Positions 8,548-17,930 of a stretch of 40,127 nt of DNA are shown here, piece after piece. Position 1 is the first letter of the stretch; every line of letters begins with the position of its first letter. Below the pieces are notes generated by a model that was not told the DNA's origin, did no database searches, and saw nothing but the letters and a program-made list of their open reading frames with translations. The stretch lies in contig CAMVLU010000003.1 of assembly GCA_947168405.1 (NCBI GenBank), positions 1-40,127 on the forward strand, read 5' to 3'. The DNA is from an uncultured Clostridia bacterium (GTDB lineage Bacteria > Bacillota_I > Bacilli_A > RF39 > UBA660). Both the position numbers and the translations under genes were made by a program.

Positions 8548-9801
8548 TTACAATATTTCTTCTTCTTCAATTTTTAATTCTTGATTCACAGTTGGACTAA
8601 CTTGTAATTGTTCAACATTCGAATTACTATTAACATTATTTTGATTTTCTTCTTTAAAAGGATCTGGAGCAGAAGTTGTTAAACCTTCAAAAGACTTATT
8701 AGTTAAATCTACTCCTTGACTTTCAAGATAATCAATTAAATGTGGTGATGGTCCATTAATTATTTCGGTACCATCTATATTTTTTCTATAAATAATATTA
8801 TATTCTGGTTTATTATCTTCTGTAACATAAAATTCGCATACTTCACATACTTCACGCATAAACTTACCAGTAACTTTATCATATCTTGCGCGAACATGAA
8901 TTCCAAGTTGAATATATCTATAAATTGTTGTCATAAATTGTTCAACATCTATATTAGATTCTAGCAAACTATATAAACGATAAGGAATACTAGATGCCTT
9001 ATCAGCATGTATTGTTGATAAAATATTATGTCCAGATGATATAGAGTTACGAACAGCTGTAACAGCTTCAGCGGAACGAACCTCTGATAGTAATATCCAT
9101 TTTGGATTTTGTCTCATACAACCAACTAATACATCTGAATATGATGCAATATTATTAGTTTTCATTGCAACAATATCACGTTCTGGAAAAATACTATCTA
9201 AGTGAAGTTCCAATGTATCTTCAATTGTAATTATCTTTTCATTAAAAGCTGTATGGCTTGCTAAGTATTTAACAAGTTCAGTTTTACCAGATCCAGTTTC
9301 TCCACTAACAATAATGTTACAATGTCCTTTTACACATTCTATTAAGAAATCATGAATTCCGGTAGTTATATATTTTTGTTCAATTATTTTTTCTTTTTCT
9401 AATCTAATCTTTGCTGGTGTTTTACGAAAAACAGCTGCAATACCATTTCTAGCAATTGAATCATGAATAAAATTCATACGAAGTTCTGAAGATTCACTAT
9501 CCAAAAGTGGGCTTGCCATATTAAATGTTTTTCCCATAATATTAGCACATTGAAAAGCAATCTTCTCCATTAATTCGTTGTTAATACCAGGATTTTCTAC
9601 TCTATAAACACCTTTATCTAAAGATTTTAACCATACTTGACCATTATTACTATAAGATATATCTGTAATATTGTCATCATCCAAATATGCTTTCAAAGGA
9701 CCAAAATCAATATTAGAAAACAGATTATCATTTATTTGTGTATTTGTTTTATCTTGATTAGCTGTTGGATTTAAATCATACGCATTTATACCTTGATTCA
9801 T
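8548..9801 (-). CDS. cpaF: CpaF/TadA (VirB11-family) pilus assembly ATPase
   Basis: Walker A SGETGSGKT, Asp box IITIEDTLEL, Walker B ILLSEVRS, His box STIHA; AGGAG RBS favours ATG at 9801. Confidence 0.9.
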   Translation of the reverse strand: MNQGINAYDLNPTANQDKTNTQINDNLFSNIDFGPLKAYLDDDNITDISYSNNGQVWLKSLDKGVYRVENPGINNELMEKIAFQCANIMGKTFNMASPLLDSESSELRMNFIHDSIARNGIAAVFRKTPAKIRLEKEKIIEQKYITTGIHDFLIECVKGHCNIIVSGETGSGKTELVKYLASHTAFNEKIITIEDTLELHLDSIFPERDIVAMKTNNIASYSDVLVGCMRQNPKWILLSEVRSAEAVTAVRNSISSGHNILSTIHADKASSIPYRLYSLLESNIDVEQFMTTIYRYIQLGIHVRARYDKVTGKFMREVCEVCEFYVTEDNKPEYNIIYRKNIDGTEIINGPSPHLIDYLESQGVDLTNKSFEGLTTSAPDPFKEENQNNVNSNSNVEQLQVSPTVNQELKIEEEEIL

Positions 9802-9810
9802 AATCAACTC

Positions 9811-10587
9811 CTATTGAGCAGTTGCAGCCTTTGATTCTATATATTGTCTAATTTTTTCACTTGTTACACTAATAGGAGCAGTTTCTCCTTCTTCTAGTTC
9901 AAGTGATGCATTAGTTGGAACTAATATGATATTTTCTTTAGTATCTCTTGTAATATATTCAGCTTTACGAAGTAAATAATGAATTTCTTCAGTTACACCA
10001 AATATAATTTGGGCTGGACTTCTTTCCTCTGTAGTATTTTCAAATACAGCACGACCAGCAGAATCTTTAACTGCTAAAATTTCAACATTTTCTACAACTT
10101 TACCAATATTTTTATTTCCGTTATCATCTTCATATCTAAAATATACATCAACATAATTTCCAGGATACATTGAATTACCATAAGTAGTTTTCATAGAAAC
10201 ATCAAAGTTATATGCAATATATCCTTCTTTCAAATTAATTAGGAAAGCATCAGGTAATTCTTCTTCCTTAACAACAGCACTTGCATAAAATAAACTTCCT
10301 GATGGAATTTGACAATTAACATTTGTATACATTCCAAGAATTTGAGTATTAGCATTTGTTAAAGCATTACCTTTAATAGCATTTTGTGTTATTTCTACAT
10401 AACCAATCATATCCTCAGTAATCTTAGTTCTTGGTGGAATTGTTTGAACAGCATATGGCACTCTAATTGGACTAGTTGCCATATTTACTCTCCAGTTATA
10501 AAAAATATAAAGAACTAATACGATTAAAATAATTCCTATAAAAGTAACCGTATTCTTATTTGATAATATTTGTTTTAATTTTTTCAT
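9811..10587 (-). CDS. cpaB: CpaB/RcpC-like Flp pilus assembly protein with SAF domain
   Basis: N-terminal TM, SAF motif VPYAVQTIPPRTKITEDMI, RcpC motifs PGNYVDVY and VVENVEILAV. Confidence 0.82.
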   Translation of the reverse strand: MKKLKQILSNKNTVTFIGIILIVLVLYIFYNWRVNMATSPIRVPYAVQTIPPRTKITEDMIGYVEITQNAIKGNALTNANTQILGMYTNVNCQIPSGSLFYASAVVKEEELPDAFLINLKEGYIAYNFDVSMKTTYGNSMYPGNYVDVYFRYEDDNGNKNIGKVVENVEILAVKDSAGRAVFENTTEERSPAQIIFGVTEEIHYLLRKAEYITRDTKENIILVPTNASLELEEGETAPISVTSEKIRQYIESKAATAQ

Positions 10588-10608
10588 TTTCTTCCCTCTC
10601 TATTCTTA

Positions 10609-11175
10609 TTATTTTTCTTCAAATATTGCATCTATTTGATTTCTAATAGCAAAATCCCCAGTTGAAAATTCTAATGTTTCAGCTTCTGATGAATTATAGG
10701 TATTAAAAGTATCTATTCTAATACTTACTTTAGGTGGATATTCGATAACATCTTGTACTGTAACTTGATAACTTTTATTGTTATAAATATTTTCTGACAT
10801 TCTTCTTAAAAAACTTTCAACAAAAACATCCTTATTTATAATTACCTCACCCTGTATAAATTCACATTCTCCTCCGCGAATATCTTTTAAATTAAGAGTT
10901 CTATTATATGCTTTTCTTACTATTCGATAATCATCTTTACTTTGAAATTCATATTGTCCATTAGCATTTTTATTAACATTTTTCTCAAAACACAAATAAA
11001 ATCCAGCTCTTTGTGATGCACGATCGATAGCATCATTCATAGCAGCTTCTGTTGCATTTTTTATCAATGTATAATCTTGTTGATTTGTAGTTGTTATATT
11101 TCCAAAAATACTAATTAGAATAATTCCAACTATACCCATTATAAAGATAAATACCGCCCACATTGCAGTTTTCGT
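10609..11175 (-). CDS. DUF5411-like membrane-anchored protein, probable pseudopilin; first gene of the tad operon
   Basis: N-terminal hydrophobic helix then TTTNQQDYTLIKNATEAAMNDAID, C-terminal IEYPPKVSI; family recalled from memory. Start is ATG 11163 or ACG 11175. Confidence 0.55.
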   Translation of the reverse strand, partial: TKTAMWAVFIFIMGIVGIILISIFGNITTTNQQDYTLIKNATEAAMNDAIDRASQRAGFYLCFEKNVNKNANGQYEFQSKDDYRIVRKAYNRTLNLKDIRGGECEFIQGEVIINKDVFVESFLRRMSENIYNNKSYQVTVQDVIEYPPKVSIRIDTFNTYNSSEAETLEFSTGDFAIRNQIDAIFEEK

Positions 11176-11198
11176 ATCTCCACCTCCTACTATAATAC

Positions 11199-11227
11199 AT
11201 TATAAACCATAACTATTTAAATATCAA
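11199..11227 (-). promoter_or_regulatory. Sigma-A promoter of the tad operon
   Basis: TTGATA-17 nt-TATAAT followed by AGGAGGTG RBS. Confidence 0.65.
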
Positions 11228-11228
11228 G

Positions 11229-13766
11229 TTATTTTTTTTCATGAATATTAATGTGCGTAAAATAAATATTTGAACTTGATTTATTATTTAATATTCCACT
11301 TGAACTCGGTCTAATAAATGGACATATATAAACATTGTCACCATCTCTAAATTTACAATTATCACCTAAATAGCTAATTACACCATTGGAAGTGCTATTT
11401 CTTTTTATTGATGAAACATTTCTTTTACTCATTGTATATTGATATTCATAATCCTTAGACCAAGTATCACTTTTTATTGTATTAGTAAAATCATATTTAT
11501 TTCCCATCCAATTTTTTCCAATATTTCTTTGATTATTTGTATATGTTTGAACAAATGGATCAGAAAGTTCTATTTGTCTAAATAATACATCATTATCATT
11601 TGGATGATTATTAAATTCACAGTAAGGATTAATTCCATCATTTGGACCATTCAACTTTAACTTTGCTCCATTTATAGTCGCATCTCTAACTTCAGCTGAT
11701 AGATATCCTGTAGATAAACTTAATGGAATAAATATTTTATTATCACCACTTATCTGATTATTACTTGAATTATTACATTCAACAATTTCACCATTGACCA
11801 TAGATAAACATGCAACAGGAAGTTCCAAAGTTTTATTCATATGTAAAGCAAATTGAATATTAGGATAAAAATTTACGCCAAGTAAACTAATAGCATTTGT
11901 CGCTATAGGATCAGTTTTTTCTATAGTAAAACTTCCCTCTTTTGTTACTAAATTAAACACTTTAGTCATACTAGGATTTAATGTTTTATCTTGAATAATA
12001 ACATTACCACTTGATATTGATTTATTAAAACTTTCTTGATAATTATTCAATAAGGAAGAAATTGGTTTTTTATTAACATCATTTGGATCTATATTGGATA
12101 TCGCTGCCCAGTATTGTAAATATCCATTCATTCTATCAATAATTTTTTCATAATATGTTCTTTCTCTTGATCCTTCAGGATATGTAATCATTTCATTTTG
12201 TGTTACATTATAATCATACAAAAATTCTGGATAATTAAAAGAATAATCACATGTTGTACTTGCACTTAAAGATATCTCTACTGGGAATCCTCTTGAATTA
12301 TTTAAATCTATTACTTTACTACCAATAGGCATATTGTCTGATATCAAATTAGATTCGAATACATGATTACATCTAATTGATGTATATTCATTAGTTGTTC
12401 TATCTCTATAAGTATATTTTTGACTAAGTGCTGAAGAACAAGATTTGTATTCAAATGGATTGTTCCAATATACCTGTGGATTAATTGAAGAAGAATCATA
12501 TCCTATAACATCAAAACCATTATTAGTATCATACCAAGGATTATTTTCATCTGCTAAAGTTTGATCTATAGCAATTTGAAATACTTCAGTTGTAAATGGA
12601 AATGAATTTCCTTCAAAAGTTTTAGTTCTTGCAGTAGATCCAACTATATCAAAATCAGAACCAATTCTATCTTTAATCTTTACTGAAAATGTTGTTGTTT
12701 TTATTTGTGAAGATATTGATTGAGCAATACTATCAAATACAAAAGTATAATTACTTATATTATCATCAGCGGTTAATGCAATATATCGAGCTGGATCATT
12801 TCCAGAAAATCTTCTCATTACATCTCCATATGTTTGATTAGATAACGCTAATCCAAAGCCAATTGAATAAATTACTACTCCATTATTTGTTAAATTATTA
12901 AATCCTTGATCGCTATGATTAACTACAGCATTCCATGTTTCTTCTAATGATGCTTTATCACTAGAATACTTACCATCTCCCATAACTATTAAATAATTAG
13001 GTACATTTCCTCCAATATATCCTGCATTAGAAAACATTATATATGCTGAAGATAGTGCTTTTTCTATATGAGATCCAGCATATACACAATGATCTCCATC
13101 CTTATAACAACCTTTGTTACCTTGACTGTCTATACAAGAAGAATTGACGGAAGCATTACTAGTTATTGCTTGATTATATTTTTTTACATCTCCATTATAT
13201 TCTGCTGGTATATTTGATTTTGCACAATTTGGCTTCCAATTAAGTGGCGCTATATTATCAAAATTATTATGTTCAAATCCTCTAATTATCAATGGTTCAT
13301 TATTAAAAGCAATAATTCCTAAATTAATCCCATCATTATTAGCCAAATTTAAATTATTTGCAAACTGCTTTGCAGCTGGCACTATATAATCATTATATCT
13401 ATATCTAATGGATGACGAATTATCTAAAACTAATAATATATTAGCAGAACCACTTGTTTGTTTTACAACAGTTGATTGATCCCCATCCACGGTAAACCAA
13501 ACATTATAAACACCTAAAATTTCAGTTTTAGCAACATGTTTAATAACATTTATTCCAGATTGATTAAAAGATACTTGAACTTCAACAATTTTACCATCAC
13601 CACCAGGTATTTCAGTACATCCATTATTTAAATACTGAGGTGGACATCTTAAATCACCATTTGAATATTTAATTTCGCCTTCTGCATCTACACTAAAACT
13701 TAAAAAAGAAAAGATAAATGCTATTATTATAAAAACTGGTATAATTATTTTTAATATTTTTTTCAT
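11229..13766 (-). CDS. Secreted vWA-domain adhesin-like protein (845 aa)
   Basis: Signal peptide ending VDA; MIDAS ILLVLDNSSS; YLIVMGDG; VIYSIGFG; Cys-rich C-terminal half; no LPXTG or C-terminal TM. Confidence 0.8.
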   Translation of the reverse strand: MKKILKIIIPVFIIIAFIFSFLSFSVDAEGEIKYSNGDLRCPPQYLNNGCTEIPGGDGKIVEVQVSFNQSGINVIKHVAKTEILGVYNVWFTVDGDQSTVVKQTSGSANILLVLDNSSSIRYRYNDYIVPAAKQFANNLNLANNDGINLGIIAFNNEPLIIRGFEHNNFDNIAPLNWKPNCAKSNIPAEYNGDVKKYNQAITSNASVNSSCIDSQGNKGCYKDGDHCVYAGSHIEKALSSAYIMFSNAGYIGGNVPNYLIVMGDGKYSSDKASLEETWNAVVNHSDQGFNNLTNNGVVIYSIGFGLALSNQTYGDVMRRFSGNDPARYIALTADDNISNYTFVFDSIAQSISSQIKTTTFSVKIKDRIGSDFDIVGSTARTKTFEGNSFPFTTEVFQIAIDQTLADENNPWYDTNNGFDVIGYDSSSINPQVYWNNPFEYKSCSSALSQKYTYRDRTTNEYTSIRCNHVFESNLISDNMPIGSKVIDLNNSRGFPVEISLSASTTCDYSFNYPEFLYDYNVTQNEMITYPEGSRERTYYEKIIDRMNGYLQYWAAISNIDPNDVNKKPISSLLNNYQESFNKSISSGNVIIQDKTLNPSMTKVFNLVTKEGSFTIEKTDPIATNAISLLGVNFYPNIQFALHMNKTLELPVACLSMVNGEIVECNNSSNNQISGDNKIFIPLSLSTGYLSAEVRDATINGAKLKLNGPNDGINPYCEFNNHPNDNDVLFRQIELSDPFVQTYTNNQRNIGKNWMGNKYDFTNTIKSDTWSKDYEYQYTMSKRNVSSIKRNSTSNGVISYLGDNCKFRDGDNVYICPFIRPSSSGILNNKSSSNIYFTHINIHEKK

Positions 13767-13777
13767 ATTCTACCTCA

Positions 13778-14434
13778 CTAAATATCCATGACTTTTTTTC
13801 TTTTCTTAATATTTATTACTAGTAATATCACACCAACAATTATAACAACTCCCCCACCTACAAAGTAATATAAATGTTCTTGAACATAATTAATAACATT
13901 AGTTTGTTCTTTAATATATTCGTCAAATTCTTTTTCAATTTCATCATAATCTTTTTTACTAATATCCATAAATTCACGACAATATTTAAATTCTGGATAT
14001 TTACTACATTTATCTTTATTATTATAATAATATCTATTATAACTAGGAAAAACTATTCTTTCAGATTTCAATAATTCATCAGTACATAAATTTGTTGTAT
14101 AAGAATATATATAAATTGTAACTATATCACCATCTGAAAATATAGTATTACTTAATTGACTAGAAGTAACTTCCCTCTTATTAATTGATGATATGCTATA
14201 AAAATACTTTAAATCCTCATTATCATTTATTACATCAATTTTATAAGAAACTTTAACATCTGTTATATCATCACCTGATTGTATTTCATCAATAGTATAA
14301 TTTGTTTTAAATTGGACATTATTGGCTAATGTTCTCAATCTATTCATTTCTTCTGTTGTACATGCAGGAGCAGCATTTACTTTAATACATATACTAAATA
14401 TTATAATCAAAAATATCTTTTTTATTTTTTTCAT
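13778..14434 (-). CDS. Secreted, C-terminally membrane-anchored Cys-containing protein (partner of the vWA protein)
   Basis: Signal peptide (VNA), CTTEEMNRL, NLCT, DKC...FKYC, C-terminal TM plus KKRKK; paralogue of 16716..17393. Confidence 0.7.
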   Translation of the reverse strand: MKKIKKIFLIIIFSICIKVNAAPACTTEEMNRLRTLANNVQFKTNYTIDEIQSGDDITDVKVSYKIDVINDNEDLKYFYSISSINKREVTSSQLSNTIFSDGDIVTIYIYSYTTNLCTDELLKSERIVFPSYNRYYYNNKDKCSKYPEFKYCREFMDISKKDYDEIEKEFDEYIKEQTNVINYVQEHLYYFVGGGVVIIVGVILLVINIKKRKKVMDI

Positions 14435-14445
14435 AGTTGCCTCCT

Positions 14446-16704
14446 TTATTTAACACTTATATTGCTAAAATTAATATTTTTTCCATTTGAATCTGGTCTT
14501 ACAAATTCACATATATAATTAGAAGAATCATTAAAATAACAATTTCTTCCTAAATAACTTCTTACTCCTTCACTTGCAGTATCTTTCTTAATATTTTCAA
14601 CATCAACCTTGCTCATAGAATATTTGTATGCATAATTATTTTCATTTTTCCAAATATCGCTTTTAATAATATTTACAAAATTATAATTAGAATTTTGCCA
14701 ATTTTTTCCAATACTTCTTGATTTATTTGTATAATTTTGAATAAATGGATCAGATAATTCTATTTGTCTAAATAATGTTTTATCAAGATTACCAATTGTA
14801 AATTCACATTTTGGATTATTACTATCTTGCTTTTCACCTTCAAGTTTTACATCTCCTCCAAACAATGTTGCTTTATCCAAAGTAACAGATAAATAACCAC
14901 CTTTTTTACCAGAAGATACGTAATACTCATTTCCTCCATTAAGCAAATTATTTTCATTAGAACAATTTACTACTTCTCCTGTTTTCATCGAAATACAAGA
15001 AACAGGAAGATTGAAAGTTTTACTATTATTCAAATAACAAGTTCTATAGGTATAAATATTATTACCTAATATATTTTCTTGTCTATCATTATAACATTTA
15101 ACTCCATCACTAATATTAGATGAATCTATAAAAAATACATCTTGATATGAATTATCATAATATTTAATAGTTAGTTTTGCTTTCTGTTCTCCAAAACTTT
15201 TTTCATACTCACTCAATTTAGCTACATTTGATGAATTCTTATTATACCCATCTAATAAATTTACCATACTTATTCTTTCTTTTTCATATGACGCAGCTTC
15301 TTTCAAAGCATTTTGTGAGTGTGTTCTATTATATTCGTTCATTTTTTCATTATATTTTTTTATTATCTCTTCATAATCATTTTTAAAAGATTGAGTATTA
15401 AATTCATATATACAATAATTTGAACTAGAAATATCAATACTAACTGGAAAACCTCTTCCATTAGAAATATTGAACTTAGTTGTTTCAATTGGTTGATTAT
15501 CAACTTTTAAATTAGCTAAGAATTTTTCTTGTTTACATGAAATTGTATAATAATTTGTTTTATTTGCAACTAACTTACTTGCTTCAAGTGTATCTGAACA
15601 ATATTTCCAATCTTCTCTTTCTTGTTCCCAATAAATTTCTGGATTAATATTAATTTGATTATTATTAAATTCAAATCCTTTATTTGTATTATGCCATCCA
15701 TTTGGTGCAGAACCATCTATTTGTATTATAAAAGGTTCTGTATTATAAGGAGAAGCATTTGAAGTAAATGTTTTATATTTTGCATTTCCATTTATACTGC
15801 TAAAATATTCTCCAATTGAATCTGTAATGTTTATAGTAACAACATTATTTTCTACTATTGGATTTATCATATTATAAATACTATTGAAAGCTCCCATATA
15901 GCTATCAGCATCTTCTCCAGCATAAACATATCTATCAGTCGATCCAGCAATATCTATCATTTGTTGAGCATACTGTTGTTCTTTTGCACTTCCCCATCCA
16001 ATTGAGTAAATCGTAACATCATTAGCAGGATTTTTTATATATTTATAACCATCACTATTTTCAATTCTACTCCATATATAGTGCCCATCACCAAGTATTA
16101 CAACAAATTTTTTGGCTCCTTCAGGAATAGAAGTTCCTTGAAAAAATTCCATTGATTTATTTAATGCTAAATACAAATTTGAACCAACTTTATTTCCTTT
16201 TTTAAAGTCAAATCCTTCGAAATCATTAGTATCAAAATTTCTACTAGTCAATATTTTTCCATAAAAACTAACTTCTGCTAAATGAACATTTCGATTATTA
16301 GTTGGATCAAAAGACTTTGCAAAGTTTTTAGCTGCTGGAACAGCAAAGTTAATATATTTGCTGCCCATGGTTGTTGATGCATCTAAAATTACTACTATAT
16401 ATGCATCACCATATACCCTTTGAGTTTGTCCATTAGCTTCAAAACGAACTGTTAATTGACCAGGAGTTTCTGTTTTACGAACAATTTTTGTTATAGAAGC
16501 ACCATTTATATTTCCTGTTACTCGAGTTTCAACAACTTCCCCATTTTCAACAATTTCAACACACCCATTATTTAAAAATTGAGGAGGGCATCTTAAAGTT
16601 CCCTTTACCACAGTTTCTTCAGCTTTAGTAGAAAAAGGAACAAAATATACAGTAAATATAAACAATATAATAAAGCAAATAATATATTTTATGTTTTTTT
16701 TCAT
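14446..16704 (-). CDS. Secreted vWA-domain adhesin-like protein (about 752 aa), paralogue of 11229..13766
   Basis: Signal peptide ending TKA; YIVVILDASTT; VVILGDG; TIYSIGWG; shared LRCPPQxLNNGC and LFRQIELSDPF; GAGGTG RBS favours ATG at 16704. Confidence 0.8.
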   Translation of the reverse strand: MKKNIKYIICFIILFIFTVYFVPFSTKAEETVVKGTLRCPPQFLNNGCVEIVENGEVVETRVTGNINGASITKIVRKTETPGQLTVRFEANGQTQRVYGDAYIVVILDASTTMGSKYINFAVPAAKNFAKSFDPTNNRNVHLAEVSFYGKILTSRNFDTNDFEGFDFKKGNKVGSNLYLALNKSMEFFQGTSIPEGAKKFVVILGDGHYIWSRIENSDGYKYIKNPANDVTIYSIGWGSAKEQQYAQQMIDIAGSTDRYVYAGEDADSYMGAFNSIYNMINPIVENNVVTINITDSIGEYFSSINGNAKYKTFTSNASPYNTEPFIIQIDGSAPNGWHNTNKGFEFNNNQININPEIYWEQEREDWKYCSDTLEASKLVANKTNYYTISCKQEKFLANLKVDNQPIETTKFNISNGRGFPVSIDISSSNYCIYEFNTQSFKNDYEEIIKKYNEKMNEYNRTHSQNALKEAASYEKERISMVNLLDGYNKNSSNVAKLSEYEKSFGEQKAKLTIKYYDNSYQDVFFIDSSNISDGVKCYNDRQENILGNNIYTYRTCYLNNSKTFNLPVSCISMKTGEVVNCSNENNLLNGGNEYYVSSGKKGGYLSVTLDKATLFGGDVKLEGEKQDSNNPKCEFTIGNLDKTLFRQIELSDPFIQNYTNKSRSIGKNWQNSNYNFVNIIKSDIWKNENNYAYKYSMSKVDVENIKKDTASEGVRSYLGRNCYFNDSSNYICEFVRPDSNGKNINFSNISVK

Positions 16705-16715
16705 ATTACACCTCA

Positions 16716-17393
16716 TTAGATATCAAGTTTCTTTTTTCTTTTTTTAAAGATTTTTAATCCAAATATTAAACTCGTTATAATTGCTATAACACCAATCAAA
16801 ATATAAATAATGTTTTCTTTTAGAAAATTTGATGCCTGTATAATATTCTTTTCTTCAAGATATTTATCAAATTGTTTTTCAATTTCATCAGGACTTAATT
16901 CAACATTCATAAATTCTTTACAATATTTAAAATCCGGATTATTTTTACATTTATCTTGATTTAAATAATAATAAATATTATATGTTGGTAAATCGATTGA
17001 TTCTGTTTTTAATAATTCATTAGTACACAAATTTATAGTATAAGAATAAATACTTATCTCTAATTTTTCTCCATCTGGAAAACTCATATTAGCTAAGTCG
17101 TTCGAAGATACTTGTTTTTTTTCTTTTTGACTTGATAATTTATAAAAATATTTTAAATTTTCATTATCATTTATTATTTTAATTTTATATGATACATTCA
17201 CATCATTAATTATTTTTTTTCCATCATCATTTATTATTTCTATCGGATTTATTTCATAATCAGTTTTAAATTTAACATTATTTGCTAATTCCTTTAATCT
17301 ATTCATTTCTTCAGTTGTACATGAATCGATTGCTTTAACATTAACAACAATAAAAAAAATTAATATAGGTATTAAATATTTAACTTTCTTCAT
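16716..17393 (-). CDS. Secreted, C-terminally membrane-anchored Cys-containing protein
   Basis: Signal peptide (VKA), CTTEEMNRL, NLCT, DKC...FKYC, C-terminal TM plus KKRKKK. Confidence 0.7.
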   Translation of the reverse strand: MKKVKYLIPILIFFIVVNVKAIDSCTTEEMNRLKELANNVKFKTDYEINPIEIINDDGKKIINDVNVSYKIKIINDNENLKYFYKLSSQKEKKQVSSNDLANMSFPDGEKLEISIYSYTINLCTNELLKTESIDLPTYNIYYYLNQDKCKNNPDFKYCKEFMNVELSPDEIEKQFDKYLEEKNIIQASNFLKENIIYILIGVIAIITSLIFGLKIFKKRKKKLDI

Positions 17394-17491
17394 AACCTCT
17401 CCTTATTATTTTATCTATATATCATTATAACAAATATATTTTTTATTTACAACAATATTTTTATATGTTATTATATTTTTAGAGGTGAAAC

Positions 17492-17896
17492 ATGAAAAGA
17501 AATATCATAATGTTATTATTAATATTATTACTAACAACAGCTTGTTCTGGAAGTTCTTTCAAAAGTATCAATGTAAATAATTTAAAAAAATCTTTAGAAA
17601 AAAAAGAATCATTTGTTTTATATTTAACAGATGAATCTGATGATGGAAAAGTTTTAAAAAACACATTAAAAAAAGTATCCGAAGAAAATAAGGTTAATAG
17701 TTATTATATAAATACCGAAAAATTAAACGATAAAGATACCAAAGAACTTAATAATTTATTTAAATATGAAGAAACAAATATTATTATATTTGTAAAAAAA
17801 GGAACAGAAGAAACTGTATTATCAAGAATTGATGATATTTATATTAGTAAAGCAAAATTAAAATCAGAATTTGTTATACAAGGTTATATTAAATAA
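17492..17896 (+). CDS. Thioredoxin-fold-like lipoprotein lacking CxxC
   Basis: Lipobox LTTAC; pattern KESFVLYL...YYINTEK...IIIFVKKG typical of thioredoxin-like (bacteriocin transport accessory-type) proteins; GAGGTG RBS. Confidence 0.55.
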   Translation: MKRNIIMLLLILLLTTACSGSSFKSINVNNLKKSLEKKESFVLYLTDESDDGKVLKNTLKKVSEENKVNSYYINTEKLNDKDTKELNNLFKYEETNIIIFVKKGTEETVLSRIDDIYISKAKLKSEFVIQGYIK

Positions 17897-17930
17897 TGTA
17901 ATCTTTTTTTAATAAAAAAAAATAAAAGAA

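Noticed and set aside
8548-9801. Conjugative element (VirB11 plus VirB2-like genes)
   Set aside because: The ATPase is flanked by CpaB and TadB/TadC-like genes; no VirB4, coupling protein, relaxase or integrase is in the window.
11229-17393. Sortase-assembled pilus
   Set aside because: No LPXTG motif precedes the C-terminal TMs, the vWA proteins have no sorting signal, and no sortase gene is present.
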